Below, one piece after another: positions 1-13,600 of a stretch of DNA of 64,000 bases. The notes beneath the pieces are model-generated. The model had not been told where the DNA came from and did not search any database. It saw only the letters and a program-made list of their open reading frames with translations. The position numbers and the translations under genes were made by a program. Source of the stretch: Antedon mediterranea (Eukaryota > Animalia > Echinodermata); contig NC_092673.1 of NCBI RefSeq assembly GCF_964355755.1, forward strand, positions 3,658,001 through 3,722,000. Direction: 5' to 3'. Position 1 is the stretch's first letter. Every line of letters begins with the position of its first letter.

Positions 1-387
1 TGCGCACAACCCATTATTCGTCTCTGCGCATGTTTATTATGCAATAGTAACCATTTATGTCAAAAAATAAAAGGGTCGAAAATCGGCCATTTTTCGCAAA
101 TTTTCCTATACTATAGTACAGGAATTTTTTCACAAAAAAATTGCCAATTTTCGACCTTTTTATTTTTAGATAAAACTGGTTACTATAGCCATTTTTTTTT
201 TTTTAATCTAAAAAATTTCGACTTTTTAACATTTAATTATTACGCAATAATATGGCTATATATTGCTTTGTATCGTCTTATAGTAACCAGTTTTGTCGAA
301 AAATAAAAAGGTCCTATCGTATAAAAAATACGTACTTTTTAAAATACTATTATTATTGCTAGATATTATATTGCGTTACAATTATCG

Positions 388-1712
388 TACCTCAAAATAA
401 TGTGCATAATCACATAATGTGGTATGTGCATGTTACCTCAATATAATGTGCATAATCACATAATGTGGTATGTGCATGTTACCTCAATATAATGTGCATA
501 ATCACATAATGTGGTGTGTGCATGTTACCTCAATATAATGTGCATAATCACATAATGTGGTGTGTGCATGTTACCTCAATATAATGTGCATAATCACATA
601 ATGTGGTGTGTGCATGTTACCTCAATATAATGTACATAATCACATAATGTGGTGTGTGCATGTTACCTCAATATAATGTGCATAATCACATAATGTGGTG
701 TGTGCATGTTACCTCAATATAATGTGCATAATCACATAATGTGGTGTGTGCATGTTATTTCAATATAATGTGCATAATCACATAATGTGGTATGTGCATG
801 TTACCTCAATATAATGTGCATAATCACATAATGTGGCATGTGCATGTTACCTCAATACATGTGCATAATCACATAATGTGGTGTGTGCATGTTACCTCAA
901 TACATGTGCATAATCACATAATGTGGTATGTGCATGTTACCTCAATACATGTGCATAATCACATAATGTGGTGTGTGCATGTTACCTCAATACATGTGCA
1001 TAATCACATAATGTGGTGTGTGCATGTCACCTCAATATAATGTGCATAATCACATAATGTGGTGTGTGCATGTTACCTCAATACATGTGCACAATCAGAT
1101 AATGTGGTATGTGCATGTTACCTCAATATAATGTGCATAATCACATAATGTGGTATGTGCATGTTACCTCAATATAATGTGCATAATCACATAATGTGGT
1201 ATGTGCATGTTACCTCAATATAATGTGCATAATCACATAATGTGGCATGTGCATGTTACCTCAATATAATGTGCATAATCACATAATGTGGTATGTGCAT
1301 GTTACCTCAATATAATGTGCATAATCACATAATGTGGTATGTGCATGTTACCTCAATATAATGTGCATAATCACATAATGTGGCATGTGCATGTTACCTC
1401 AATATAATGTGCATAATCACATAATGTGGTGTGTGCATGTTACCTCAATACATGTGCATAATCACATAATGTGGTGTGTGCATGTTACCTCAATATAATG
1501 TGCATAATCACATAATGTGGTGTGTGCATGGTACCTCAATATAATGTGCATAATCACATAATGTGGTATGTGCATGTTACCTCAATATAGTGTGCATAAT
1601 CATATAATGTGGTATGTGCATATTACCTCAATATAATGTGCATAATCACATAATGTGGTGTGTGCATGTTACCTCAATATAATGTGCACAAACATGTGCA
1701 TAATCACATAAT
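388..1712. repeat. 46/45-bp minisatellite, about 29 copies
   Basis: Unit ATAATGTGCATAATCACATAATGTGG(T/C)RTGTGCATGTTACCTCAAT repeats every 46 nt (45-nt variant ACATGTGCAT...). Explains the repetitive ORF 792-1040. Confidence 0.95.
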
Positions 1713-2777
1713 TTGCGCATGTTATATCAATGTAATGTTAAATAATCCTTTGATAAAAAAAAAACCCCTGTACTAGTAACAGTGTACAGGGATTTTTTAT
1801 AATATTATAATTAGAATAATGTTATGCGCATGTGGTATGCAAATACCCTTTCCTAGAGTAATGTGACATGAGCATAATGATATAGTCATGCACTGTGCTA
1901 CATGATCATTCACAATAATTGTGACCTACAGTGTGAATGTAATTGTCACATGGTCTGTGATGCTACATGTGACATGTGTATCAGACAATGCGTTCTGCAC
2001 ATGTTACCTCAATATTTAAGCATTAGTGCGTTATGATGTCTGGAAAAAGATCCTATAAAATGTGCCAATTTTCTAAAACCCGTGCGCTATGACATATTAA
2101 AGAGAAAGATTTAGTACGAACGGACTTTAAAATTAAGACCCACTAAATCTAGCTCTCCATGCTCTATGGTGATATGCGCGCACAAAGTGCGTTATGATGT
2201 CATGAATCAAATGTGTGGAAAAAGATCGTATAAAATGTTATAAAACCCGTGCGATATACTAGACATACTAATATTAAGACAGACAGATTTAGTACCCAAC
2301 GGACGGTAACCAAGATGCACTAATAATAATAATAATAATAATACCAGATTTATCAGGTCAATCAAATTAATTAGATACGCCTACGAAAGGTCAGTACAGA
2401 AAAATAGTAGGACAATAATGTCGGTCGCATGATGACCTTGAAATCATAATCTCACTTGAAAGGACGAGTGCCTATATAACGGTTTGGTACTCTAGGTCAA
2501 ATTTAGTACGATCAACACACCAACCGAGTTCACAACGCAGCAGGTAAGTTATACTGTATGAATTACAACAAAGATATTTAATGTGAACTATGATTAAAAT
2601 AATACATTTCCAGAATACAATATACAGTACTTTAAATGTTTTAATTTTAGGCAAGTAGGCAAGGAAATTTTTGACGAAGAGATCTTAAAACAATGTTAGG
2701 CCCTAAATGCTGAGTACTAAACAATATCTAGTTTGTATGAAATATTATACTACTGTATTTACTATGGCATAATAGGT

Positions 2778-3215
2778 ATGGATGCACAGACCGTTAAATT
2801 ATCTGACGTCATTGCAGAACTGGGCCTCGAGGGACACGTAGAAGGGGGTTATTTTAAAGAAACATACCACTCGGAAAACAGCTCAGCAATATATTTTCTC
2901 TTATCAAAAGATAGTAGACATAAATGGCATCGCATTATTGGTAGAGACGAAATATGGCACTTTTACGCCGGAGGTCCCCTTGAGGTCTCCGTAGCAAATC
3001 CCGACGGTGTATTACTGGGAAGACACGTTCTTGGTCCAAATTTAACGCAGGGTCATAAAGTTCAGTTGATGATTCCAGCCAATCATTGGCAGGTTGCAAG
3101 ATGTCTTGACGGCTGTGATTGGACGTTAGTTGGTTGTACCGTTAGTCCTCCTTTCGAGTATGAACACCTCGAGTTAGCAGGACCAGATTTTAAAGTATCA
3201 GAAGGTTTGTGTTAA
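2778..3215 (+). CDS. DUF985 / Cupin_5 family protein (yeast YML079W/Cff1-like), 145 aa, intronless CDS
   Basis: Motifs LGLEGHVEGGYFKETY, SAIYFLL, WHRI...DEIWHFYAGGPL, LGPNL..G..VQLMIPANHWQVAR, WTLVGCTVSPPF match the DUF985 cupin pattern. ATG at 2778 (the ORF track starts at an upstream TTG). Possible 5'UTR intron 2544-2775 (CAG|GTAAGT ... ATAG); AATAAA near 3280. Confidence 0.9.
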   Translation: MDAQTVKLSDVIAELGLEGHVEGGYFKETYHSENSSAIYFLLSKDSRHKWHRIIGRDEIWHFYAGGPLEVSVANPDGVLLGRHVLGPNLTQGHKVQLMIPANHWQVARCLDGCDWTLVGCTVSPPFEYEHLELAGPDFKVSEGLC

Positions 3216-4023
3216 TCAATATCAAATTACATAATTAATGCCGTATCGTTGTTTGATTGGCAAAGTACAGAAACTGATAAATAAAATAATATGAATGTAT
3301 ACTAGTGTTCTATAATCCCATTGATATCGTTTGACGTTCTCCTAAATAAATACAGGTCACTGGGTAACAATAGGATGCTAATTTGAATATGTATATACTG
3401 TAATTGCAGGTACTAAAAACTGAATGAAATCAAAGGTCAATCAAGGACAGCTCTTTTTCCTTTGAAGGCCAGGAGATTTAAAAACCAAGTAATTGAAAGA
3501 AAAATACAAACATTTAGTTTAAGAATGGGTTAATACCAGAGAGTTGTAAAACAAATCCCTGGTTAATAATAGATTATTCTTTGGTCTTCTGGTTGCCAGT
3601 GCAGTTGAAGCCAGACAGAGAAACGAACCAAACACTGTGTGATGTCTTCTGTATCAAAACAATGCCCAATATTAAAATCAAAATTCCCATGCAAATAAAC
3701 AAAATACAAATACAGCATTGCTATTTTAAATGAAGTATTTTATATTCACTTTTAATATACAAGAGATGAGGAAAATACCTTTTGACGAAAAAGACAATAA
3801 AAAGACGTCTTACTATTTTACACAAAACCTACGCCGATGTTCATATCATATCTAGAATTTCAATATTTTAAGGTAGCTTAACTGTTATATAAATTACTTT
3901 ATTTAAATGCAATTATTATAATAATAAATTAAAACAGTAATAAAATCAATAATAAAGTATAAATTATATTAATATTAATTTATTATTTGATTTCATAAAT
4001 ATTAGGTGATTAGCTTGACACTA

Positions 4024-4270
4024 TGATACCATAGACCTAGGTCATTGATACCATAGACCTAGGTCATTGATACCATAGACCTAGGTCATTGATACCATAG
4101 ACCTAGGTCATTGATACCATAGACCTAGGTCATTGATACCATAGACCTAGGTCATTGATACCATAGACCTAGGTCATTGATACCATAAACCTAGGTCATT
4201 GATACCATAGGTTATTGATACCAAAGACCTAGGTCATTGATACCATAGACCTAGGTCATTGATACCATAG
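4024..4270. repeat. 22-bp minisatellite, about 11 copies
   Basis: Unit TGATACCATAGACCTAGGTCAT, containing the palindrome GACCTAGGTC. Confidence 0.95.
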
Positions 4271-4699
4271 TACAGTATTCTTTTATTTTATACCAGGATT
4301 TTATACCAACGCTTTTAGAATTACCTTTTTTTTGTTTAAATATATTGTATACTTTGTTATAATTAATTACTACTATTATTACTATATTTTTATGAATGCA
4401 TTACATTTTATAACAAATGAAGGTTATCTTATATATTATCAATGATTACCTTTGTTATGTTTAACTTATGTAGCAGTTAATACCAAGGATTTAGAATCAG
4501 GAAACATCATCATACCATTTAATAAGTTTTAATTATACTACATATACTGCATAATGAATAGCTTTGTTTAAACCAGTAAAATATACAACAAGAAACTGTT
4601 ACTAATTCTGATTTTTTTAAAGTGATATTTAGAATATTTATCAATTCAAATTCACCAATCATACCACTATATATGCAAATTTGTGTGCATAGTATAATA

Positions 4700-6150
4700 C
4701 ACTATGCATGCACATATAGTATACTCTGTGCACATATAGTATACTCTGTGCACATATAGTATACTCTATGCACATATAGTATACTCTGTGCAGATATAGT
4801 ATACTCTATGCACATATAGTATACTCTGTGCACATATAGTATACTCTGTGCACATATAGTATACTCTGTGCACATATAGTATACTCTGTGCACATATAGT
4901 AAACTCTGTGCACATATAGTATACTCTATGCACATATAGTATACTCTATGCACATATAGTATACTCTATGCACATATAGTATACTCTATGCACATATAGT
5001 ATACTCTATGCACATATAGTATACTCTGTGCACATATAGTATACTCTGTGCACATATAGTATACTCTGTGCACATATAGTATACTCTGTGCACATATAGT
5101 ATACTCTATGCACATATAGTATACTCTATGCACATATAGTATACTCTATGCACATATAGTATACTCTGTGCACATATAGTATACTCTGTGCACATATAGT
5201 ATACTCTGTGCACATATAGTATACTCTGTGCACATATAGTATACTCTATGTACATATAGTATACTCTATGCACATATAGTATACTCTATGCACATATAGT
5301 ATACTCTATGCACATATAGTATACTCTATGCACATATAGTATACTCTATGCACATATAGTATACTCTATGCACATATAGTATACTCTATGCACATATAGT
5401 ATACTCTGTGCACATATAGTATACTCTGTGCACATATAGTATACTCTATGCACATATAGTATACTCTATGCACATATAGTATACTCTATGCACATATAGT
5501 ATACTCTGTGCACATATAGTATACTCTGTGCACATATAGTATACTCTATGCACATATAGTATACTCTGTGCACATATAGTATACTCTGTGCACATATAGT
5601 ATACTCTATGCACATATAGTATACTCTATGCACATATAGTATACTCTATGCACATATAGTATACTCTATGCACATATAGTATACTCTATGCACATATAGT
5701 ATACTCTATGCACATATAGTATACTCTATGCACATATAGTATACTCTGTGCACATATAGTAAACTCTATGCACATATAGTATACTCTATGCACATATAGT
5801 ATACTCTGTGCACATATAGTATACTCTGTGCACATATAGTATACTCTATGCACATATAGTATACTCTGTGCACATATAGTAAACTCTGTGCACATATAGT
5901 ATACTCTATGCACATATAGTATACTCTGTGCACATATAGTATACTCTGTGCACATATAGTATACTCTATGCACATATAGTATACTCGATGCACATATAGT
6001 ATACTCTGTGCACATATAGTATACTCTATGCACATATAGTAAACTCTATGCACATATAGTATACTCTGTGCACATATAGTATACTCTGTGCACATATAGT
6101 ATACTCGATGCACATATAGTATACTCTATGCACATATAGTGTACTCAATG
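4700..6150. repeat. 20-bp minisatellite, about 72 copies
   Basis: Unit CACATATAGTATACTCT(A/G)TG with two interspersed variants; degenerate flank to about 6350. Explains ORFs 4702-4953, 5686-6033 and 5766-6113. Confidence 0.97.
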
Positions 6151-6638
6151 CACATATAGTATACACCATGCACACAAAATGTGTGCATATAGTATATTGT
6201 AACCACGCACATTTACTTGTGTGAGTGCACTATATGTATGCAAATTTACTTGTGTGCATAGTATACTCAATGCACACAGAATTGAATGTGTGCATATAGT
6301 ATATTGTAACCATGTACATTTACGTGTGTGCAATATAGTATACTAAATGCACTATGTAGCTAAACACTATTAATCTGCTAAAAGATTGTACAGATGCTGT
6401 TATATGTCAGAGAACACACTACAAAATACATTTAAATATTACAAGGCAGCTGCTTCAAACACAGGGCAAAGTACTGAGTTGGGTTCCTCCACTGGTATAT
6501 GTACCACCTATAATTATCAGATCAAAGTCCTTCAAATGTCAACACCTCATGTATTGAAAATCCATGCATTCACAGTAATATAAGACAATTCCGATCAAAT
6601 ATAATATAAAGATATACATGTTATTCATGTGACAACAT

Positions 6639-6810
6639 CATCACCTGATAGTGAACTATGACCATTCATGTGACCACCCCATCATCTGATGATGAACTAT
6701 GACCATTCATGTGACCACACCATCACCTGATGATGAACTATGACCATTCATGTGACCACACCATCACCTGATGATGAACCATGACCATTCACCTGATGAT
6801 GAACTATGAC
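6639..6810. repeat. 41-bp tandem repeat, about 4 copies
   Basis: CATCACCTGATGATGAACTATGACCATTCATGTGACCACAC starting at 6639, 6680, 6721 and 6762. Confidence 0.9.
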
Positions 6811-7149
6811 TATACTAGTAAATATTTTATTTAGACATCCCAACATTTTCAATGCCTTGTCCATTGTGAGAATAAATTATTATACAGTATATCAAATTTG
6901 GTCCTTAATCAATTTTGCAAAGTACCCATTTTATTTTGTTTAATAAGTGTATATTAAATATTTAAATAGTTGTTACACATTATTACATTTCAGTGAAACT
7001 CTATTATGGATGTGTCTATTAAAAACCACATTTTATCGGTAACAAATCTAGCCATTATTCTTTATCAAATTCAAACATTTCAAAAATACACACTTTAAAC
7101 ACTGTAAAAAAACTCACCCCTCTTGGGGAACCTTGAAATTCCCTCGTAA

Positions 7150-7392
7150 AATTGCCCACCCACACTCCAAAAAAAGCCCCACCCACCTTTCAAAATATCT
7201 CCACCTACCTTTCAAAATATTCTTACCCACACTAAAAAATATCCCTACCCACATTCAAAAATATCCCCACCCACCTTCCAAAATATCCCCACCCACACTC
7301 CAAAATATCCCCACCCACCTTCCAAAATATCCCCACCCACCTTCCAAAATATCCCCACCCACACTCCAAAATATCCCCACAAACTTCCCCAA
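7150..7392. repeat. 22-bp C-rich tandem repeat
   Basis: Unit AAAATATCCCCACCCACCTTCC, about 10 copies; explains the Pro/His-rich ORF 7133-7459. Confidence 0.9.
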
Positions 7393-7636
7393 AGGACATA
7401 TACTATACCAAACTCTCCGCATAGTAGAGTTTCTGTATAACCTCTACTATATACTTTAGTAGCACATAAATATAATAAATATTTATAATATATTGGTATG
7501 ACTGCATAGTAAGTTATAAATTACAGACACATTGTACTTATCTTCGGGACATACTCTTTTTATATCTTTTCAAGGTTCCATTGAACATTAAAAGGGAAAA
7601 AGGGAAGTATAAATTATTAGATTTCTATTGAAGACT

Positions 7637-10600
7637 TCAACAGCCACGATCTTGAGGAAGAATTGAGATCTCTATCTGTAAATAAAAATGTTAAAGAACA
7701 TACAACTTAATCTGAAAGCCATCTGTTGGATGTCTGGGTCGTCACTCACCACGACCCAGATATTAGTACAGTAGACAAAGAACAAACATTAAATCGACCA
7801 AATAAAAAAAGTCCAGATAATCAAAACAGAATGGTGTATACTGGGCTTATAAACATGCACAGATTAAACTTCTATATTAAATATCACAACGTGGCAGGCT
7901 ATAGGCACTTGACCTTTGACAAGATCGCCTAAAATTTATAATTTAAATCTACGATACTTAGTATTGTATATTCAGGAATAGCCGCTCCATAGTCTCTTTG
8001 CTTTTCTTCCTTATATCTTATTCTTATTAACTCAAAATTATTTATACTAACAAACATTACTATTTATATGCCTAGTGTGTTATCATTATTGACATAATTT
8101 CATTAAACATCCACATACAGTACAACTCTTCTTAACAAAATTTTTTCAATCTTCTATCAACTAAAAGTCGTAGTTAGTTATGTCTCGGGTCACATTCTAT
8201 GGTCACCGTACAGATAGGCTACTACATCAGTACTTCTATGAATGGATGACTAGTGTTGGTGACAAGAACGCTAATTGGTCATACCCAGTACCGTTTTTAT
8301 TTTACGATCATTCGGGAAACCACCTCACGACCTTATAAACATGCAGATTAAACTTCTATATTTATTTAATTCAACAATATTTTACAAGGGTGGCTCATCC
8401 AGCAAAAGCTGATGTTAAATCGACCAATTACAATCCTTATAATAGTGAACGGAATTCTGAACACTGGGCATATATGCACATTAATCTTTTGTGTGAATTA
8501 CCCTCTCCTTCAGTCTTATCTAGTGTCCCAAAATTGATTTGATTATTTTATTTTTATTGATTTCATACGAATACAACATTAAACAACTCACTACTTACAG
8601 GATGGATAAACTATTTTATAATTTATCATGCTTATAAACGAAGGTTTAGGGAGTGGAGTTGAAAGAGTTTGTGAGCTACAACCAACCAACCAACTAGGTC
8701 AGGATTGAACCTTGGATCTAGACTAGGTTCTAGACCAAAATTAGTGAAAAGATAAATATTTTTGCACAAATGGAATTCCATACGTATAATACATGAGCTC
8801 ATATTTTTGGTCTAGGAAAAAATGTGCATGTCACATGTTTTATAATGCATATGATTATCTGGTTGACTATTTTCAGCCGAATGTGATTGGCTACTCACTA
8901 CCCTGGACCCTGAAATTGGGAGGCAAGCATGTTTCAACCATCAAGCTACAGCCCCACTACATTTTTGTTCCACATTACACTTCCAAATTCTAATCCTAAT
9001 AATAGTTTGCCTTGCTGTTTGCAGCTAAATGTTAATATTTAAAGGATACGACTCTGAGACCTCGTTCAAATGGATCTGTGATGAGAAGCCCTCTTGGTAC
9101 ATATATTTCATCGTTCTGTTGTTGTATGAACCGCGCTGCTTGTTTCAGGCACTGAAATGAAAAGATTACAAGACAATTAATGAGATTGAAAGAAGATGCA
9201 ATAATAATTGCAAGTCTCCTCCCGTCTCTCAATCTCATTGACGCGTCCTTCAGATGGGATATAATTGTCACACTCTTAATAATAATAATAATAATAGATA
9301 GATTTATATAGTGCAAATAAACCATGTCTCTATGTGTGATGTGCCCAAATATGGTAGTGATATGCCCAAACATGGAAGTGATATGACATCATCATGTCCC
9401 TATATGGGCATATCAAAGTTTGATAGTATAGACAGACACAGAGGAGATCACCTGCCAGTATAATGTGCTGATTATGGGTGTAGGGTGCTATTCTCTGTCT
9501 GTGGCAGTATGTTAACTAGAAGCACTTGTGTATATCCATGGACCTATACTCTAATGTATATATACATGATGTGTCTATTGCCTGAAACAAACACTAAAAA
9601 TAAACAAGTTGATTATTACCATCCGATGGTAAAGTATACACAATACAATTTAGCATTTGGCTGTGTATTGTCCAATTTGACATGACCTGTCAGTGTAATT
9701 AATTAAACTGCCAGTAGTCTGTGTTTATTAAATTATCTATTCCCTTAATTATTCATAAAATTCAATAAGCTACAAACAAGTGACACCCGAAGATCCAATT
9801 TCAGATAAAATGACAATTGTGTTATTATATTATAATTATTGTCTGAATTTCATTTAATAAATTTCTCAATATTTTCTTGTTTTTTGAAGAACATAGATAA
9901 TGTCTATGGCATGAAATAAAATGAGATTAAATAAGCAATAACTATCATATCTTTATTATATTACCGATATACAGCAAATTGCAAATACGCATTAATGATA
10001 TTAAATGATTAATAACTGCAAAGGGTAAATAATAAATAAAATCTCTGGGGCTCAAGCAACATTATCAATAATAAAATGTATTCATAAAATGAACTGACAC
10101 GGTCTGGAGAAAGTGAGAAAACATAGCAGTTTTTGAGAGGCCACTTTAGTTAAGGGTTTTCACAAAATTTGTATGGGTATTGAAATTCTCATTTATATGT
10201 ATTTCACTTTTTCACTGATTGAGTAGTAATAGTAGTAATATTAATAGTAGTTAGTAATATTTATATTTGTACTTTGAGCTGTCATAACAAACGAAAGATC
10301 AGTGTTGTAAGAGGTGGCTTCCACTAATAATCTTTTCCTGGTACAGACATATGGAGATGTATACCGCGTATGATACAAAAACATAACTCTGTAGGTCTGA
10401 AAAGGCCCTAAAACAGTGTTTTCTTTGTCCTTAGCTAGAAATGCATATTTTGTTATTAGGGTATGCAACATTGTAGATATAATCAAGATGTTTAAGTAGT
10501 GTACTATCTTATCATAAAGGTTTAGCCCTATACCCATTATTTATACAACACAGCTCAAAGGTAAACTGCTACTGATAAATAGTTAAATATAAATTTTTTT

Positions 10601-13600
10601 CTCATAAGGTTGGTTTTAGTTGAATGATTCAATGTATTGTCATTCTTAATTCACCGGTAATTAAATTACTGAATATACTGTAATTAACATAGCAATTAAT
10701 TAGTAAATCATTAACGAATGTGTAGGTACTGTAGTAGGGGCTAAACATATTAACTGACGTCCATATATATCTATATAAAGCAGTAGATTATGTATAATCT
10801 ATGCTCATAAAAAATATATGATCTAGTCTTCAAGCTAGATATTTATTATCACTGTAAAATCCATCTAACCCGAAAGGAAGGTTCATCAATAATGAAAACA
10901 TTTGCTGGCACAAACTAATTCACTACGCAGTTAAAACATCTTGTTTGCTTGCAAAATATCAAAAGAAATATTTTCAAAAGTCCAATTAATGGTTAAGTTA
11001 TGTTTTAGACATTAAAATATCAGAATTTTTGATGTATTAAAAAATGTACTATTAAAAAATGTTTTTATAAAAAGCGTTACTGAGCTGTTGAACAGAAAGT
11101 TAATAATAAAAGAATTTACAGTATTCACAGCAATTCAATCCAATACTACAGTATCCATGTTATTGTTTTAGAATAGAATAGTTTAATTGTGCGATTTCAC
11201 GTTATTTGGAAAGCATTTGTTGAATATTGTATTAAAAATATGACAATGACAATGATATTGTATCATAAAGACTATATAATGGGATAGATAATGCATATAT
11301 AATTTGTATGCATGGCTCATAATGTCCTAACACATCCAGGCTCAAAGTATGTATTTGTAACCCATTATCAATCAGTAAAAGGCGAGTAATTTAAGGTAAA
11401 ATAACCAGTGATAAGCGAGGGTTAAAACAGCAGAACTGTAATTCATAATATCAACTAAGGTTTGAGGCTCACTTGCTCTATGTTTCTGGTGGTAGAACAA
11501 GTCTTCTCGGAATATAAACTGTATGTCCATGTTACAAATAAAATATCAATACATCTTTCAAAGCGAGTAGGGGTAATCCTAGTGCACTTGTTCCCACATA
11601 GAAAATGACATGATGATGTCATATCACTACCATATTTGGGCACATCGCACTTCTTTTGGCACACTAGTTTGATAGCGTAGACAGAGCAATATTCAAAATG
11701 ACATTGTATAGTGTTAATACCTTCTCATAGTGAGTTTCCATACACAATAGTATTGTATAGGCTGTAAGACAGGCAAAGCATCCTTCACAGTACGTCACAG
11801 CTCCATACTTCTCAGCATCAGCATAAAATTCATTCAAGCGGTTCACAGTGTGTTCAAACAGGTGCCTGTCAATCTGTAAGAAAAGGATACAAACATTTTT
11901 GTCTCTTCTTCATTGTGAAAATAATATTTCAGGCTTAAGCTCTGTCTACACTATCAAACTAGTTTGACAAAAAGTAGTGATATGCCCAAATACGGTAGTG
12001 GTATGACATCATCATGTCCATATGGGCACATCACATTTTTTGTCATATAAAGTTTGATAGTGTAGACAGAACTTTATATAGCGCATTATATGTAAGATAA
12101 AATGCCGAAAATTTAAGATTTAATTTACTCATACTTAAATTTAAGTATTAGTAAAAAAGTTCAAACCTCTCTTAAAATAACTCTCCTGAAAACTATAGAT
12201 ATATATATATATAAATCTATAATATAGATATAGACAAAAAACTATCCATTAGTTTGGGTTTAAATGATGATTTTACTTACAGTAGTATGGCAAAGTAAAG
12301 AAGAACATTAAGAGTACCCATTGAGTCCTGGTGCAGGTATAACCCTAAAGTTGTGTCAACACTATTAATATTATCAAACTTTTGTGACAAATAAATGTGA
12401 TGGGCCCATATATGGACATGATGATGTCATATTACTACCATATTTGGACATAAAACAGTTCAGCAAACTACTATAGTATAATGGCACACACAATGGCACT
12501 TACCTTGTCTACCAACTCTGTTGGGAGTTTGCTTTGGAACTTGACAGACGTTCCACCAGAATAGTCTCTCTGGACAAACACCCTTCCAATAGGATGAACA
12601 TGAGGTCCTACCTTCTCCATTGGGATTCCCTATGGAAGACAAAACATTTTTTAAAATCAATTTTAAAATCAATCTCTAATACCATTAAGAAACTTTTTAT
12701 ATTTATAACATAAAAAAAAATTACAAATGATTGAAAGCAATCTTATTGTCACTGTTTACAATGTTTGCCACAATGTTATAATACATAGAAATTACATTAC
12801 ATTATGTTACTAATCTTAATCATAATTTTACAGACTTGCAACAATAGAGCTACTGTAGTAATAAAGAATAGAGATTGCCCAATATTTTTGTGAAAAACAA
12901 TGTGCATTGTTCATCACCTAGAGAATAATAAGGCAGGAGATGTGTTTAGTAGTCTAGAGACGGATTCAGGAGTTAATTAATTAATCTGACCCAATATATG
13001 GATGACAAATTGAAACTATAGATTCAACAGGAGTAACGGTTTGATTGAGAGTGATCTGTTATTGTATGTATGTATACATCTTTAAGGTAAACTTGATTGA
13101 TGTATGTACAGTATGCTCAAGCATGATAAACATACATAAATACATAATAACTAAGGTTAAAGGTCAACCAGATGATCCATATAAAATATTTTCCTATACT
13201 ATATCATATGGTTTTCCAATTATGAAGAAATTAAGTCAGTACAGCATGTAGCCAATATATAAAATGTTATGAGATTACAGTTAAAGACCCCTTCCCTGCA
13301 ATTTTGGACGTTTTTTGGAAAATAATACATATATATCACTTTAAAAACATTAAACCATGTCATTTCTTGTCTTAAATGTACGTTTTATGGTAAATTATGA
13401 TAAAAAGTGAGAAACAATGCACTACCTAAGTAGCTCGCGGCGATCGACCTCTCGTGGACGGTCTTTTGCCAGACTCCGTTGATACAAATTGGGGAAAACC
13501 CGGTATTTTCGCTAAAAAGTTAGGAGTCTTCCATTTGTTTTGGCTTCACGATCGATCGAAAAGTGGGCGAATTACAGGTGAAAAACAAAAATATCAATCC

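Noticed and set aside
44-315. Imperfect inverted repeat at the window start
   Set aside because: Real (about 44-95 versus 135-187, third copy near 280) but cut off by the window edge, so it cannot be classified.
2733-2777. TTG-initiated N-terminal extensions in the ORF track (also 15985-16005)
   Set aside because: Eukaryotic genes; the ATGs at 2778 and 16006 follow candidate splice acceptors and fit the family lengths.
4024-6150. Palindrome-containing tandem arrays as possible CRISPR arrays
   Set aside because: Units abut with no unique spacers, no cas genes, eukaryotic context.
792-7459. Repetitive ORFs at 792-1040, 4702-4953, 5686-6113 and 7133-7459
   Set aside because: Translations of minisatellites; no splice context or protein motif.
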